This document shows, in pieces, positions 51,500-64,000 of a stretch of DNA of 64,000 bases (the stretch's first letter is position 1; each line of letters opens with the position of its first letter). Source of the DNA: Amphiscolops sp. MND2022 (lineage: Eukaryota); contig OZ076409.1 in NCBI GenBank assembly GCA_964187785.1, forward strand, positions 38,256,001-38,320,000, in the 5' to 3' direction. The notes below the pieces were generated by a model. The model searched no databases, had not been told where the DNA came from, and saw nothing but the letters and a program-made list of their open reading frames with translations. The translations under genes and the position numbers were made by a program.

Positions 51500-53010
51500 A
51501 TGTACCCATTCCGAAACATTTGTACAAACATTCGGACCATAAAGCATTATTGTCAGTATTGAAACCGAATAGAGGAAACAAAACGTTTTCAAGTAGATTA
51601 ACAAGATGGGTAGATAGATTGTTGCCATTTGAATTTAAAGTAGTACATGCAGCAGGGAGAACCCTGGGTATGGCAGATTAATTATCTAGACACCCATCCG
51701 AACTACAAGGGGCATCATTGAAGTCAGAAGCAATATGGAATGAATGGTTCACGGTAAACAAAGTAATCAGTTCGAAAGATGTTTTAGAGGACGGTGAAGC
51801 AACCAGCAAGGCGAGCGAGAGTGAAAGAAATACTGTCAAACAAGTAGTTGAAGCGAATTCGCGTCAGCCAATCAGAAAGCAGGACGAGCGCAATCCGCGG
51901 GATTCAAGTAAGAATCAGTGTAGCATTACCAAACCTGAAGTGAAAATGAGCGAGACTTCAGCAATTAAGCTATTAAATGAAAAGCTTTTGCCAGCAAATT
52001 ATTCGGCGGATAAGCTTATCCAACGTGCTATCTCAATCGTGAAAGGTTATAACCGCACGTCGGTAAGCAGGTTACCTTCACCCTGGCGGAAAAAATTCCA
52101 GTCATTTTTGATCGACAACGACGACTTCTTATACATGGATAATCGGCTTGTCAACCCTCAACCAATGAGGCAGATGATCATGTGCTCCTTACATTACGGC
52201 CACCCCGGGTGCGACGCAATGCTGGCAATGATAGGAGACATCTGGTGGCCCCGGATGAATCAGGAAACGATAGATCAGGCGCGTTTGTGCGAACAATGCC
52301 TGCAATCAGGTGAGAATTTAAAATACATACAAAGTCCAAAAGAAAGTGGAACAATTCCGAAACCAAAAGAATAAAATGAGGAAATTGCGGTAGATTTTGT
52401 GGGGCCCTTCCAAGACGCGGGCGGAGGAAAGAAATATTTGCTAGAGTCTGTAGATCATTTGTCAGGACGGCCGGATGCGATATTTTTACATATTACGACA
52501 ACGAAAAAGTGATAGAATTCCTAAAACAGTATATATCGCAATACGGTGTACCTAAGAGAATAAGAACAGACATCGTGACGGTATTCGTGGGCGAAGAGTT
52601 CCTTTGGTTTTGTAAACAATCTGGAATAGAGCAAATAACCTGTCCAGTGAGAAACCACAGGGGTAATGGTAAAACAGAGCGATTAATAAGAACTATTAAC
52701 GAGCGACTACGCACGAATAAACAGATAATACTAAGGAAGGACCAACCCGAGTTATTAGAAATTTTGTACGCGTTACGAATCAGCAAGAAGAAGGACGGCA
52801 GATCAGCATTCGAAAAGCAGATGGAAAAGGAAGATGTGCGCAAAACCCTGCAAGTGGATCAATCCCGATTGTAGGCCTGCCAAATGGGAAGTGGAGAGAA
52901 AGCCGTAGCCCCCAACAAGTTATCGAGAGAACAAGAGTACCCACGAAGAACGAAGAAGTACGGAATTGATTACATCCAAGTCGATACGAAATCCGACAAA
53001 GAGTAGAATC
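51500..53010 (+). pseudogene. Decayed Gypsy RNase H/integrase fragment (different family from the 10676 element); partial copies at 55838-56858 and 59702-60722
   Basis: SDHKAL..RLTRW..MAD.LSRHP, LHYGHPG..WWP..CEQC, RTD.G..F, GNGKTER, with stops and frameshifts. Confidence 0.85.
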
Positions 53011-56000
53011 CAACAAGACGGAAGAAAAAAAAGTCGGCGCTATATCTAAGGCTTAAAAAGCGCAAAAGACTTTTTTTGAAAAAACTTGAAATTTTTGAAT
53101 TTTTTTCTTTCAGAAACCGTCGCATAGTGCCGAAAAATGTGAAAGGGGGACCCTTTGGGCTTTATTAACATATATTCTGTTGCAAAATATGAAAAAACTC
53201 GAAGGGGGACCCTTTTGAGACATTAAAAATTTTTTCGAAAAAAGTCGCACAGTGCCGAAAAAATCCAAAGGGGGGACCCTTTAGGCACGTCCGGCTTTGT
53301 AGGTTACGTTGAAATAGTAAAAAATGAAAGGAGGGACCCTTTTGCACTAATTTTCGCTGACCGGGCTTGGCCTTATGGTAGTAGTTTTAGTAGTTTCGAT
53401 TGTAAGAAAAGTGGCCCAAAGAGAGTGACATTGTAGTCTGACGAAAAAAAAACAAGACGGGAACGTCTAAAGTCGGCGCTATATCTAAGGCTCAAAAAGC
53501 GCAAAAAAAAAATTTGAATATTTTTTCTTTCAGAAAATGTCGCATAGTGCCAAAAAATGTAAAAGGGGGGACCCTTTGGGCTTTATCAACATATATTCTG
53601 TTGCAAAATATCAAAAAACTCGAAAGGGGGACTCTTTTGATACATTAAAAAAATTTTGAAAAAAAAGTCGCACAATGCCGAAACAAAATTGAAAGAGGGG
53701 ACCCTTTAGTCTCGTCCGGTTTTGCAGGCTACGGTAAAATAGTAAAATATGAAGGGGGGACCCTTTTGCACTAATTTCCGCTGACCGGACTTGGCCTTAT
53801 GCTAGTAGTTTCAGTAAGTTTCGATTGTAAGAAAAGTGGCCCAATCAGAGTGAGATTGTAGTCTGACAAAAAAAGAAAAAAAACTAGCCACTGTAAGTGT
53901 CGGGCACTTTTCACTAGAAAAGCGCCGACAAAAAACTAGCCACTGTAAGTGTCGGGCACTTTTCCCTAGAAAAGCGCCGACTAAAAACTAGTAAACTGTA
54001 CCAGTTTTAGTAATGTGAAACTGTATTTAACCAGTTTGTTTGAGTGTTAGTATCCACCAGCTAAATGTTATTGTAAAAACATGAGGATTTGATGTATATA
54101 AAAATTTCTCCTAAAATGGGGAATGTAGTAGATGTGTGAAAGCAGTTTGTAAATAGTGTCAAAGTACCTGTCAACAGTTGTGACATTTCTGCGTACGGCT
54201 TTTGCCATTTGCCTGAGAGCCTTGGTAAAAAGCAGCGTATCATCAAAACAGTTAATTCACGTCAACGAAATACACTCTTAATCCTCTGCATCTTTTCAAT
54301 TTCAATTCAAGTTAGCTCCACGTCAACACCAACATTCTACATTCAAGAAAAAGTTGGTTTGCTCAAAAGATTCTCGAATGGATAAAGCAAGCAATGTAAG
54401 GATTTCCAGAACCAATTCGAAACTTGGTTTCACTAATCAAATCAATAACCAATTTGGAGGTCAACGAGTTCTATAAAATTGGCAACACTGGCTTTCCAAT
54501 GCGCGAAGCATTCATAGTTTTACACTGATGTGCTCTGAAACTGAAATCCGTTGTTTCTGTCATACCTTCTGTAAAATTCGATTCAGTTAGATCATGAAGC
54601 TGATGAATTTACCGCTTGCCCAAGTGTCGTATATACTCTGAAATTATTCACATTCATTTGATTCGTACATAATTCTGAATTTAAAAAGGGAATGAAAATG
54701 TAACGAAGGTTTCCGAGATTAACAAACTAATGCTGAAAATGTCTAACAATTTGACACCATAAAATTATGTAGAACTTGTAGAACTATTTTGGTCACTTCA
54801 GGTGTATCGAAAAAACAGTGACGAAAAGCCATGACTATAGTCGGCTGTTTTCAAGAAAAGCGCCGACTAAAAAAAGTAATTTGCATGATCTAATTGGACT
54901 AGGTCCGACAATTTACCATTTTTTGCATAATGATACGTAAATAACTACTTACGAAGAAGTTCCACAATGTCTTGAAAATCATTTTCACGACACATTGAAT
55001 GTTGTTTTTGGAAAGCATACTTTTGGGAGCATATCCGCTCAAAGATACGCAAACATACAAATTCGGCAATGTTCTGGATATTTCTTTGCGAGATCAATCA
55101 ATAAGAAGAGTACGAGAAACTCCAATACGCGACGGTACACTCCAAGAGTTTCTGGACGAACCAGTAAAAGTTCCACAAGGGATTGAAGCGGGATAATCTA
55201 CATTTACGATACTCAAGAACTCCGATTATACTGAAAGGACTTCGGTTAATGCTTACACAGTGCAACGATTCACTTCAAAATTCAGTCAATTCTGAATCGA
55301 TTCTGAATCTCTTGGTTAAGCAAAAAGTTTTGTGTTGTCATGTCATCAACGATTGATGAAAAGAATCCTTAAGTAATTGCTAATGCACGCCCTCTTCCTC
55401 TTATGAGTGAAGATCACGTACAGATGAAAACTTTATGCATTGAGTGTTCTTGATACCTGCACTAATGCTGGACAAGTTCTTGTGCTGTCTCGTGGAGAAA
55501 AAAAATTCGACTGTGTTTAGGTCTTAAGGAAATGGACGGGGCAATAAAAACGATCCAGCGCCTTTACCTGATACTGAGTGATCAATCATTTCGATCACTA
55601 ATTCACTAAGTATTCGAAAAAAATATCTAACGTTTACCATCAAGTACCGGTCGATTCCAAAAGTCAACGTTTGCTAAGTTTTTTCTACCTTCGGGTCTTT
55701 GCCCATTTAGGCTGAGATATCCCTCTAAAATTTCAAAACTCCTGGTCATCCTACTGGCTGCTTCAGGGCTTTTGGACGACACCATGGTTTATGGTTCTAC
55801 GATGGAAGAGGACAGTGCAAAACTGAGTGCTGTTCTGCCAGCAAATTATTCGGCGGATAAGCTTATCCAACGTGCTATCTCAATCGTGAAAGGTTATAAC
55901 CGCACGGCGGTAAGCCGGTTACCTTCACCCTGGCGGAAAAAATTCCAGTCATTTTTGACCGACAACGACGACTTCTTATACATGGATAATCGGCTTGTCA

Positions 56001-59000
56001 ACCCTCAACCAATGAGGCAGATGATCATGTGCTCCTTACATTACGGCCACCCCGGGTGCGACGCAATGCTGGCAATGATAGGAGACATCTGGGTGCCCCG
56101 GATGAATCGGGAAACGATAGATCGGGCGCGTTTGTGCGAATAATGCCTGCAATCAGGTGAGAATTTAAAATACATACAAAGTCCAAAAGAAAGTGGAACA
56201 ATTCCGAAACCAAAAGAATAAAATGAGGAAATTGCGGTAGATTTTGCGGGGCCCTTCCAAGACGCGGGCGAAGGAAAGAAATATTTGCTAGAGTCTGTAG
56301 ATCATTTGTCAGGATGGCCGGATGCGATATTTTTACATATTCCGACAACGAAAAAGTGATTGAATTCCTAAAACAGTATATATCGCAATACGGTGTACCT
56401 AAGAGAATAAGAACAGACACCGGGACGGTATTCGTGGGCGAAGAGTTCCTTAGGTTTTGTAAACAATCTGGAATAGAGCAAATAACCTGTCCAGTGCGCG
56501 ACCACAGGGGTAATGGTAAAACAGAGCGATTAATAAGAACTATTAACGAGCGACTACGCACGAATAAACAGATAATACTAAGGAAGGATCAACCCGAGTT
56601 ATTAGAAATTTTGTACGCGTTACGAATCAGCAAGAAGAAGGACGGCAGATCAGCATTCGAAAAGCAAATGGGAAAGGAAGGGAATGCGCAAAACCCTGCA
56701 AGTGGATCAATCCCGATTGTAGGCCTGCCAAATGGGAAGTGGAGAGAAAGCCGTAGCCCCCAACAAGTTATCGAGAGAACAAAAGCACCCACGAAGAACG
56801 AAGAAGTACGGAATTAATTACATCCAAGTCGATACGAAATCCGACAAAGAGTAGAATCCAACAAGACGGGAAGAAAAAAAGTCGGCGCTATATCTAAGGC
56901 TTAAAAAGCGCAACAAACTTTTTTTTGAAAAAACTTGAAATTTTTGAAATTTTTTCTTTCAGAAACCGTCGCATAGTGCCGAAAAATGTGAAACGGGGGA
57001 CCCTTTGGGCTTTATTAACATATATTCTGTTGCAAAATATGAAAAAACTCGAAGGGGGACCCTTTTGAGACAATAAAAATTTTTTCGAAAAAAGTCGCAC
57101 AGTGCCGAAAAAATCCAAAGGGGGGACCCTTTAGGCACGTCCGGCTTTGTAGGTTACGTTGAAATAGTAAAAAATGAAAGGGTGGACCCTTTTGCACTAA
57201 TTTCCGCTGACCGGGCTTGGCCTTATGGTAGTAGTTTTAGTAGTTTCGATTGTAAGAAAAGTGGCCCAATCAGAGTGAGATTGTAGTCTGACGAAAAAAA
57301 AAACAAGACGGGAACGTTTAAAGTCGACGCTATATCTAAGGCTCAAAAAGCGCAAACAAAATTTTTTAAAAAAATTTGAATATTTTTTCTTTCAGAAAAT
57401 GTCGCATAGTGCCAAAAAATGTAAAAGGGGCGGGCCTTTGGGCTTTATCAACATATATTCTGTTGCAAAATATCAAAAAACTCGAAAGGGGGACTCTTTT
57501 GATACATTAAAAAATTTTTGAAAAAAAAGTCGCACAATGCCGAAAAAAATTGAAAGGGGGGACCCTTTAGTCTCGTCCGGTTTTGTAGGCTACGGTAAAA
57601 TAGTAAAATATGAAAGGGGGACCCTTTTGCACTAATTTCCGCTGACCGGACTTGGCCTTATGCTAGTAGTTTTAGTAGTTTCGATTGTAAGAAAAGTGGC
57701 CCAATCAGAGTGAGATTGTAGTCTGACGAAAAAAAAAGAAAAAAAAACTAGCCACTAAGTGTCGGGCACTTTTCACTAGAAAAGCGCCGACAAAAAACTA
57801 GCCACTGTAAGTGTCGGGCACTTTTCCCTAGAAAAGCGCCGACTAAAAACTAGTAAACTGTACCAGTTTTAGTAATGTGAAACTGTATTTAACCAGTTTG
57901 TTTGAGTGTTAGTATCCACCAGCTAAATGTTATTGTAAAAACATGAGGATTTGATGTATATAAAAATTTCTCCTAAAATGGGGAATGTAGTAGATGTGTG
58001 AAAGCAGTTTGTAAATAGTGTTAAAGTACCTGTCAACAGTTGTGACATTTCTGCGTACGGCTTTTGCCATTTGCCTGAGAGCCTTGGTAAAAAGCAGCGT
58101 ATCATCAAAACAGTTAATTCACATCAACGAAATACACTCTTAATCCTCTGCATCTTTTCAATTTCAATTCAAGTTAGCTCCACGTCAACACCGACATTCT
58201 ACATTCAAGAAAAAGTTGGTTTGCTCAAAAGATTCTCCAATGGATAAAGCAAGCAATGTAAGGATTTCCAGAACCAATTCGAAACTTGGTTTCACTAATC
58301 AAATCAATAACCAATTTGGAGGTCAACGAGTTCTATAAAATTGGCAACACTGTGGCTTTCCAATGCGCGGAGCATTCATAGTTTTACCTTGATGTGCTCT
58401 GAAACTGAAATCCGTTGTTTCTGTCATACCTTCTGTAAAATTCGATTCAGTTAGATCATGAAGCTGATGAATTTACCGCTTGCCCAAGTGTCGTATATAC
58501 TCTGAAATTATTCACATTCATTTGATTCGTACATAATTCTGAATTTAAAAAGGGAATGAAAATGTAACGAAGGTTTCCGAGATTAACAAACTAATGCTGA
58601 AAATGTCTAACAATTTGACACCATAAAATTATGTAGAACTTGTAGAACTATTTTGGTCACTTCAGGTGTATCGAAAAAACAGTGACGAAAAGCCATGACT
58701 ATAGTCGGCTGTTTTCAAGAAAAGCGCCGACTAAAAAAAGTAATTTGCATGATCTAATTGGACTAGGTCCGACAATTTACCATTTTTTGCATAATGATAC
58801 GTAAATAACTACTTACGAAGAAGTTCCACAATGTCTTGAAAATCATTTTCACGACACATTGAATGTTGTTTTTGGAAAGCATACTTTTGGGAGCATATCC
58901 GCTCAAAGATACGCAAACATACAAATTCGGCAATGTTCTGGATATTTCTTTGCGAGATCAATCAATAAGAAGAGTACGAGAAACTCCAATACGCGACGGT

Positions 59001-62000
59001 ACACTCCAAGAGTTTCTGGACGAACCAGTAAAAGTTCCACAAGGGATTGAAGCGGGATAATCTACATTTACGATACTCAAGAACTCCGATTATACTGAAA
59101 GGACTTCGGTTAATGCTTACACAGTGCAACGATTCACTTCAAAATTCAGTCAATTCTGAATCGATTCTGAATCTCTTGGTTAAGCAAAAAGTTTTGTGTT
59201 GTCATGTCATCAACGATTGATGAAAAGAATCCTTAAGTAATTGCTAATGCACGCCCTCTTCCTCTTATGAGTGAAGATCACGTACAGATGAAAACTTTAT
59301 GCATTGAGTGTTCTTGATACCTGCACTAATGCTGGACAAGTTCTTGTGCTGTCTCGTGGAGAAAAAAAATTCGACTGTGTTTAGGTCTTAAGGAAATGGA
59401 CGGGGCAATAAAAACGATCCAGCGCCTTTACCTGATACTGAGTGATCAATCATTTCGATCACTAATTCACTAAGTATTCGAAAAAAATATCTAACGTTTA
59501 CCATCAAGTACCGGTCGATTCCAAAAGTCAACGTTTGCTAAGTTTTTTCTACCTTCGGGTCTTTGCCCATTTAGGCTGAGATATCCCTCTAAAATTTCAA
59601 AACTCCTGGTCATCCTACTGGCTGCTTCAGGGCTTTTGGACGACACCATGGTTTATGGTTCTACGATGGAAGAGGACAGTGCAAAACTGAGTGCTGTTCT
59701 GCCAGCAAATTATTCGGCGGATAAGCTTATCCAACGTGCTATCTCAATCGTGAAAGGTTATAACCGCACGGCGGTAAGCCGGTTACCTTCACCCTGGCGG
59801 AAAAAATTCCAGTCATTTTTGACCGACAACGACGACTTCTTATACATGGATAATCGGCTTGTCAACCCTCAACCAATGAGGCAGATGATCATGTGCTCCT
59901 TACATTACGGCCACCCCGGGTGCGACGCAATGCTGGCAATGATAGGAGACATCTGGGTGCCCCGGATGAATCGGGAAACGATAGATCGGGCGCGTTTGTG
60001 CGAATAATGCCTGCAATCAGGTGAGAATTTAAAATACATACAAAGTCCAAAAGAAAGTGGAACAATTCCGAAACCAAAAGAATAAAATGAGGAAATTGCG
60101 GTAGATTTTGCGGGGCCCTTCCAAGACGCGGGCGAAGGAAAGAAATATTTGCTAGAGTCTGTAGATCATTTGTCAGGATGGCCGGATGCGATATTTTTAC
60201 ATATTCCGACAACGAAAAAGTGATTGAATTCCTAAAACAGTATATATCGCAATACGGTGTACCTAAGAGAATAAGAACAGACACCGGGACGGTATTCGTG
60301 GGCGAAGAGTTCCTTAGGTTTTGTAAACAATCTGGAATAGAGCAAATAACCTGTCCAGTGCGCGACCACAGGGGTAATGGTAAAACAGAGCGATTAATAA
60401 GAACTATTAACGAGCGACTACGCACGAATAAACAGATAATACTAAGGAAGGATCAACCCGAGTTATTAGAAATTTTGTACGCGTTACGAATCAGCAAGAA
60501 GAAGGACGGCAGATCAGCATTCGAAAAGCAAATGGGAAAGGAAGGGAATGCGCAAAACCCTGCAAGTGGATCAATCCCGATTGTAGGCCTGCCAAATGGG
60601 AAGTGGAGAGAAAGCCGTAGCCCCCAACAAGTTATCGAGAGAACAAAAGCACCCACGAAGAACGAAGAAGTACGGAATTAATTACATCCAAGTCGATACG
60701 AAATCCGACAAAGAGTAGAATCCAACAAGACGGGAAGAAAAAAAGTCGGCGCTATATCTAAGGCTTAAAAAGCGCAACAAACTTTTTTTTGAAAAAACTT
60801 GAAATTTTTGAAATTTTTTCTTTCAGAAACCGTCGCATAGTGCCGAAAAATGTGAAACGGGGGACCCTTTGGGCTTTATTAACATATATTCTGTTGCAAA
60901 ATATGAAAAAACTCGAAGGGGGACCCTTTTGAGACAATAAAAATTTTTTCGAAAAAAGTCGCACAGTGCCGAAAAAATCCAAAGGGGGGACCCTTTAGGC
61001 ACGTCCGGCTTTGTAGGTTACGTTGAAATAGTAAAAAATGAAAGGGTGGACCCTTTTGCACTAATTTCCGCTGACCGGGCTTGGCCTTATGGTAGTAGTT
61101 TTAGTAGTTTCGATTGTAAGAAAAGTGGCCCAATCAGAGTGAGATTGTAGTCTGACGAAAAAAAAAACAAGACGGGAACGTTTAAAGTCGACGCTATATC
61201 TAAGGCTCAAAAAGCGCAAACAAAATTTTTTAAAAAAATTTGAATATTTTTTCTTTCAGAAAATGTCGCATAGTGCCAAAAAATGTAAAAGGGGCGGGCC
61301 TTTGGGCTTTATCAACATATATTCTGTTGCAAAATATCAAAAAACTCGAAAGGGGGACTCTTTTGATACATTAAAAAATTTTTGAAAAAAAAGTCGCACA
61401 ATGCCGAAAAAAATTGAAAGGGGGGACCCTTTAGTCTCGTCCGGTTTTGTAGGCTACGGTAAAATAGTAAAATATGAAAGGGGGACCCTTTTGCACTAAT
61501 TTCCGCTGACCGGACTTGGCCTTATGCTAGTAGTTTTAGTAGTTTCGATTGTAAGAAAAGTGGCCCAATCAGAGTGAGATTGTAGTCTGACGAAAAAAAA
61601 AGAAAAAAAAACTAGCCACTAAGTGTCGGGCACTTTTCACTAGAAAAGCGCCGACAAAAAACTAGCCACTGTAAGTGTCGGGCACTTTTCCCTAGAAAAG
61701 CGCCGACTAAAAACTAGTAAACTGTACCAGTTTTAGTAATGTGAAACTGTATTTAACCAGTTTGTTTGAGTGTTAGTATCCACCAGCTAAATGTTATTGT
61801 AAAAACATGAGGATTTGATGTATATAAAAATTTCTCCTAAAATGGGGAATGTAGTAGATGTGTGAAAGCAGTTTGTAAATAGTGTTAAAGTACCTGTCAA
61901 CAGTTGTGACATTTCTGCGTACGGCTTTTGCCATTTGCCTGAGAGCCTTGGTAAAAAGCAGCGTATCATCAAAACAGTTAATTCACATCAACGAAATACA

Positions 62001-63542
62001 CTCTTAATCCTCTGCATCTTTTCAATTTCAATTCAAGTTAGCTCCACGTCAACACCGACATTCTACATTCAAGAAAAAGTTGGTTTGCTCAAAAGATTCT
62101 CCAATGGATAAAGCAAGCAATGTAAGGATTTCCAGAACCAATTCGAAACTTGGTTTCACTAATCAAATCAATAACCAATTTGGAGGTCAACGAGTTCTAT
62201 AAAATTGGCAACACTGTGGCTTTCCAATGCGCGGAGCATTCATAGTTTTACCTTGATGTGCTCTGAAACTGAAATCCGTTGTTTCTGTCATACCTTCTGT
62301 AAAATTCGATTCAGTTAGATCATGAAGCTGATGAATTTACCGCTTGCCCAAGTGTCGTATATACTCTGAAATTATTCACATTCATTTGATTCGTACATAA
62401 TTCTGAATTTAAAAAGGGAATGAAAATGTAACGAAGGTTTCCGAGATTAACAAACTAATGCTGAAAATGTCTAACAATTTGACACCATAAAATTATGTAG
62501 AACTTGTAGAACTATTTTGGTCACTTCAGGTGTATCAAAGAAACACTGACGAAATGCCATGACTATAGTCGGCTCTTTTCAAGAAAAGCGCCGACTAAAA
62601 AAAGTATTTTGCATGATCTTATTGGACTAAGTCCAACAATTTACCATTTTTTGCATAATGATACGTAAATAACTACTTACGAAGAAGTTCCACAATGTCT
62701 TGAAAATCATTTTCACGACACATTGGATGTTGTTTTTGGACAGCATACTTTTGGGAGCATATCCGCTCAAAGATAAGCAAACATACAAATTCGGCAATGT
62801 TCTGGATATTTCTTTGCGAGATCAATCAATAAGAAGAGTAAGAGAAACTCCAATACGCGACGGTACACTCCAAGAGTTTCTGGACGAACCAGTAAAAGTT
62901 CCACAAGGGATTGAAGCGGGATAATCTACATTTACGATACTCAAGAACTCCGGTTATACTGGAAGGACTTCGGGTAATGCTTACACAGTGCAACGATTCA
63001 CTTCAAAATTCAGTCGATTCTGAATCGATTCTGAATCTCTTGGTTAGGCAAAAAGTTTTGTGTTGTCATGTCATCAGCGATTGATGAAAAGAATCCTTAA
63101 GTAATTGCTAATGCACGCCCTCTTCCTCTTATGAGTGAAGATCACGTACAGATGAAAACTTTATGCATTGAGTGTTCTTGATACCTGCACTAATGCTGGA
63201 CAAGTTCTTGTGCTGTCTCGTGGAGAGAAAAATTCGACTGTGTTTAGGTCTTAAGGAAATGGACGGGGCAATAAAAAGGATCCAGCGCCTTTACCTGATA
63301 CTGAGTGATCAATCATTTCGATCACTAATTCACTGTGTATTCGAAAAAAATATCTAACGTTTACCATCAAGTACCGGTCGATACCAAAAGTCAACGTTTG
63401 CTAAGTTTTTTCTACCTTTGGGTCTTTCTCTAAAATTTCAAAACTCCTGGTCATCCTACTGGCTGCTTCAGGGCTTTTGGACGACGTCATAGTTTATGGT
63501 TCTACGATGGAAGAGGACAATGCAAAACTGAGTGCTGTTCTG
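51989..63542. repeat. Tandem triplication, unit ~3.85-3.86 kb
   Basis: Identical ORFs recur at +3864 (54995/58859, 55772/59636, 57923/61787). Junction GTGCTGTTCTG|CCAGCAAAT at ~55837 and ~59701. Confidence 0.95.
53012..53987. mobile_element. Two nested HINE-like elements, repeated at ~56860-57849 and ~60724-61713
   Basis: Heads at ~53012 and ~53451; two tandem tails at 53884-53987. Confidence 0.7.
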
Positions 63543-63650
63543 AAATGATTCGAATACAATAGTTTGATAACCAATTTTGACGAAAGTGATTTTGCTGGAA
63601 ACATTGAAAAGGTGGGTTTAAAAGTGTGTAAACGAGTTGGGATACGGGAT
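63170..63650 (+). pseudogene. Highly decayed Gypsy RT remnant (truncated copies end at 55837 and 59701)
   Basis: KIRLCL.....AIKR and LDD..VYGST.EE resemble the RT RLCLD and YxDD regions. Confidence 0.55.
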
Positions 63651-64000
63651 ACTAACTTCGCTAACAAAAATGCAAAAATTCCCTCTGCTAAGCAATCCTT
63701 TAGCTTCTGCTTGTAATTCATTCGGTCACTACCGTAAATTTTTTAAACCTTGAAATTCCTCAAAAGCTGCGTAGATCATGAAATTGTTTTCAAGTGGTCA
63801 GAACACCACGAGCCGTTCGAAAACTTTGCAATATGTTAAACAGTGATAAAATCTCTAGCACTGTATAATGCTTTGGGTAGAACAATTGTAACATGGGATG
63901 TTTCTTAAATTGGAATCAGTGGAGAAGTGTCTCAGTTTCAGGAAAACAGAGAGTACAAGACATGTTTCTTGTCAACAAGATATGTTTCTTTTCTCGTTCA

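Overview
Intron-rich animal genomic DNA, not prokaryotic; the organism cannot be named from the sequence. Three host genes can be assembled: a 5-exon class A GPCR (+, 965-8893), a GDE1-like glycerophosphodiester phosphodiesterase (-, 40051-29888) with two paralogous, apparently mutually exclusive exons, and the 3' part of epsilon-tubulin (-, 51417-45126). Between the first two is a full-length 15.9-kb Ty3/Gypsy LTR retrotransposon (10676-26579, ~2.14-kb near-identical LTRs, ATATT TSD). Besides gag/pol it carries an intact antisense 7-exon gene (~1095 aa) that resembles a catalytically dead hAT transposase with a zinc finger, plus a divergent 242-aa ORF with a SIM-like motif that runs into the 3' LTR. 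Several host introns have mutually complementary 5' and 3' ends. The rest is a Helentron/HINE-like repeat family (some copies nested), MITEs, a decayed LINE, and a ~3.86-kb triplication of Gypsy remnants. All splice models were read by eye and need RNA confirmation.
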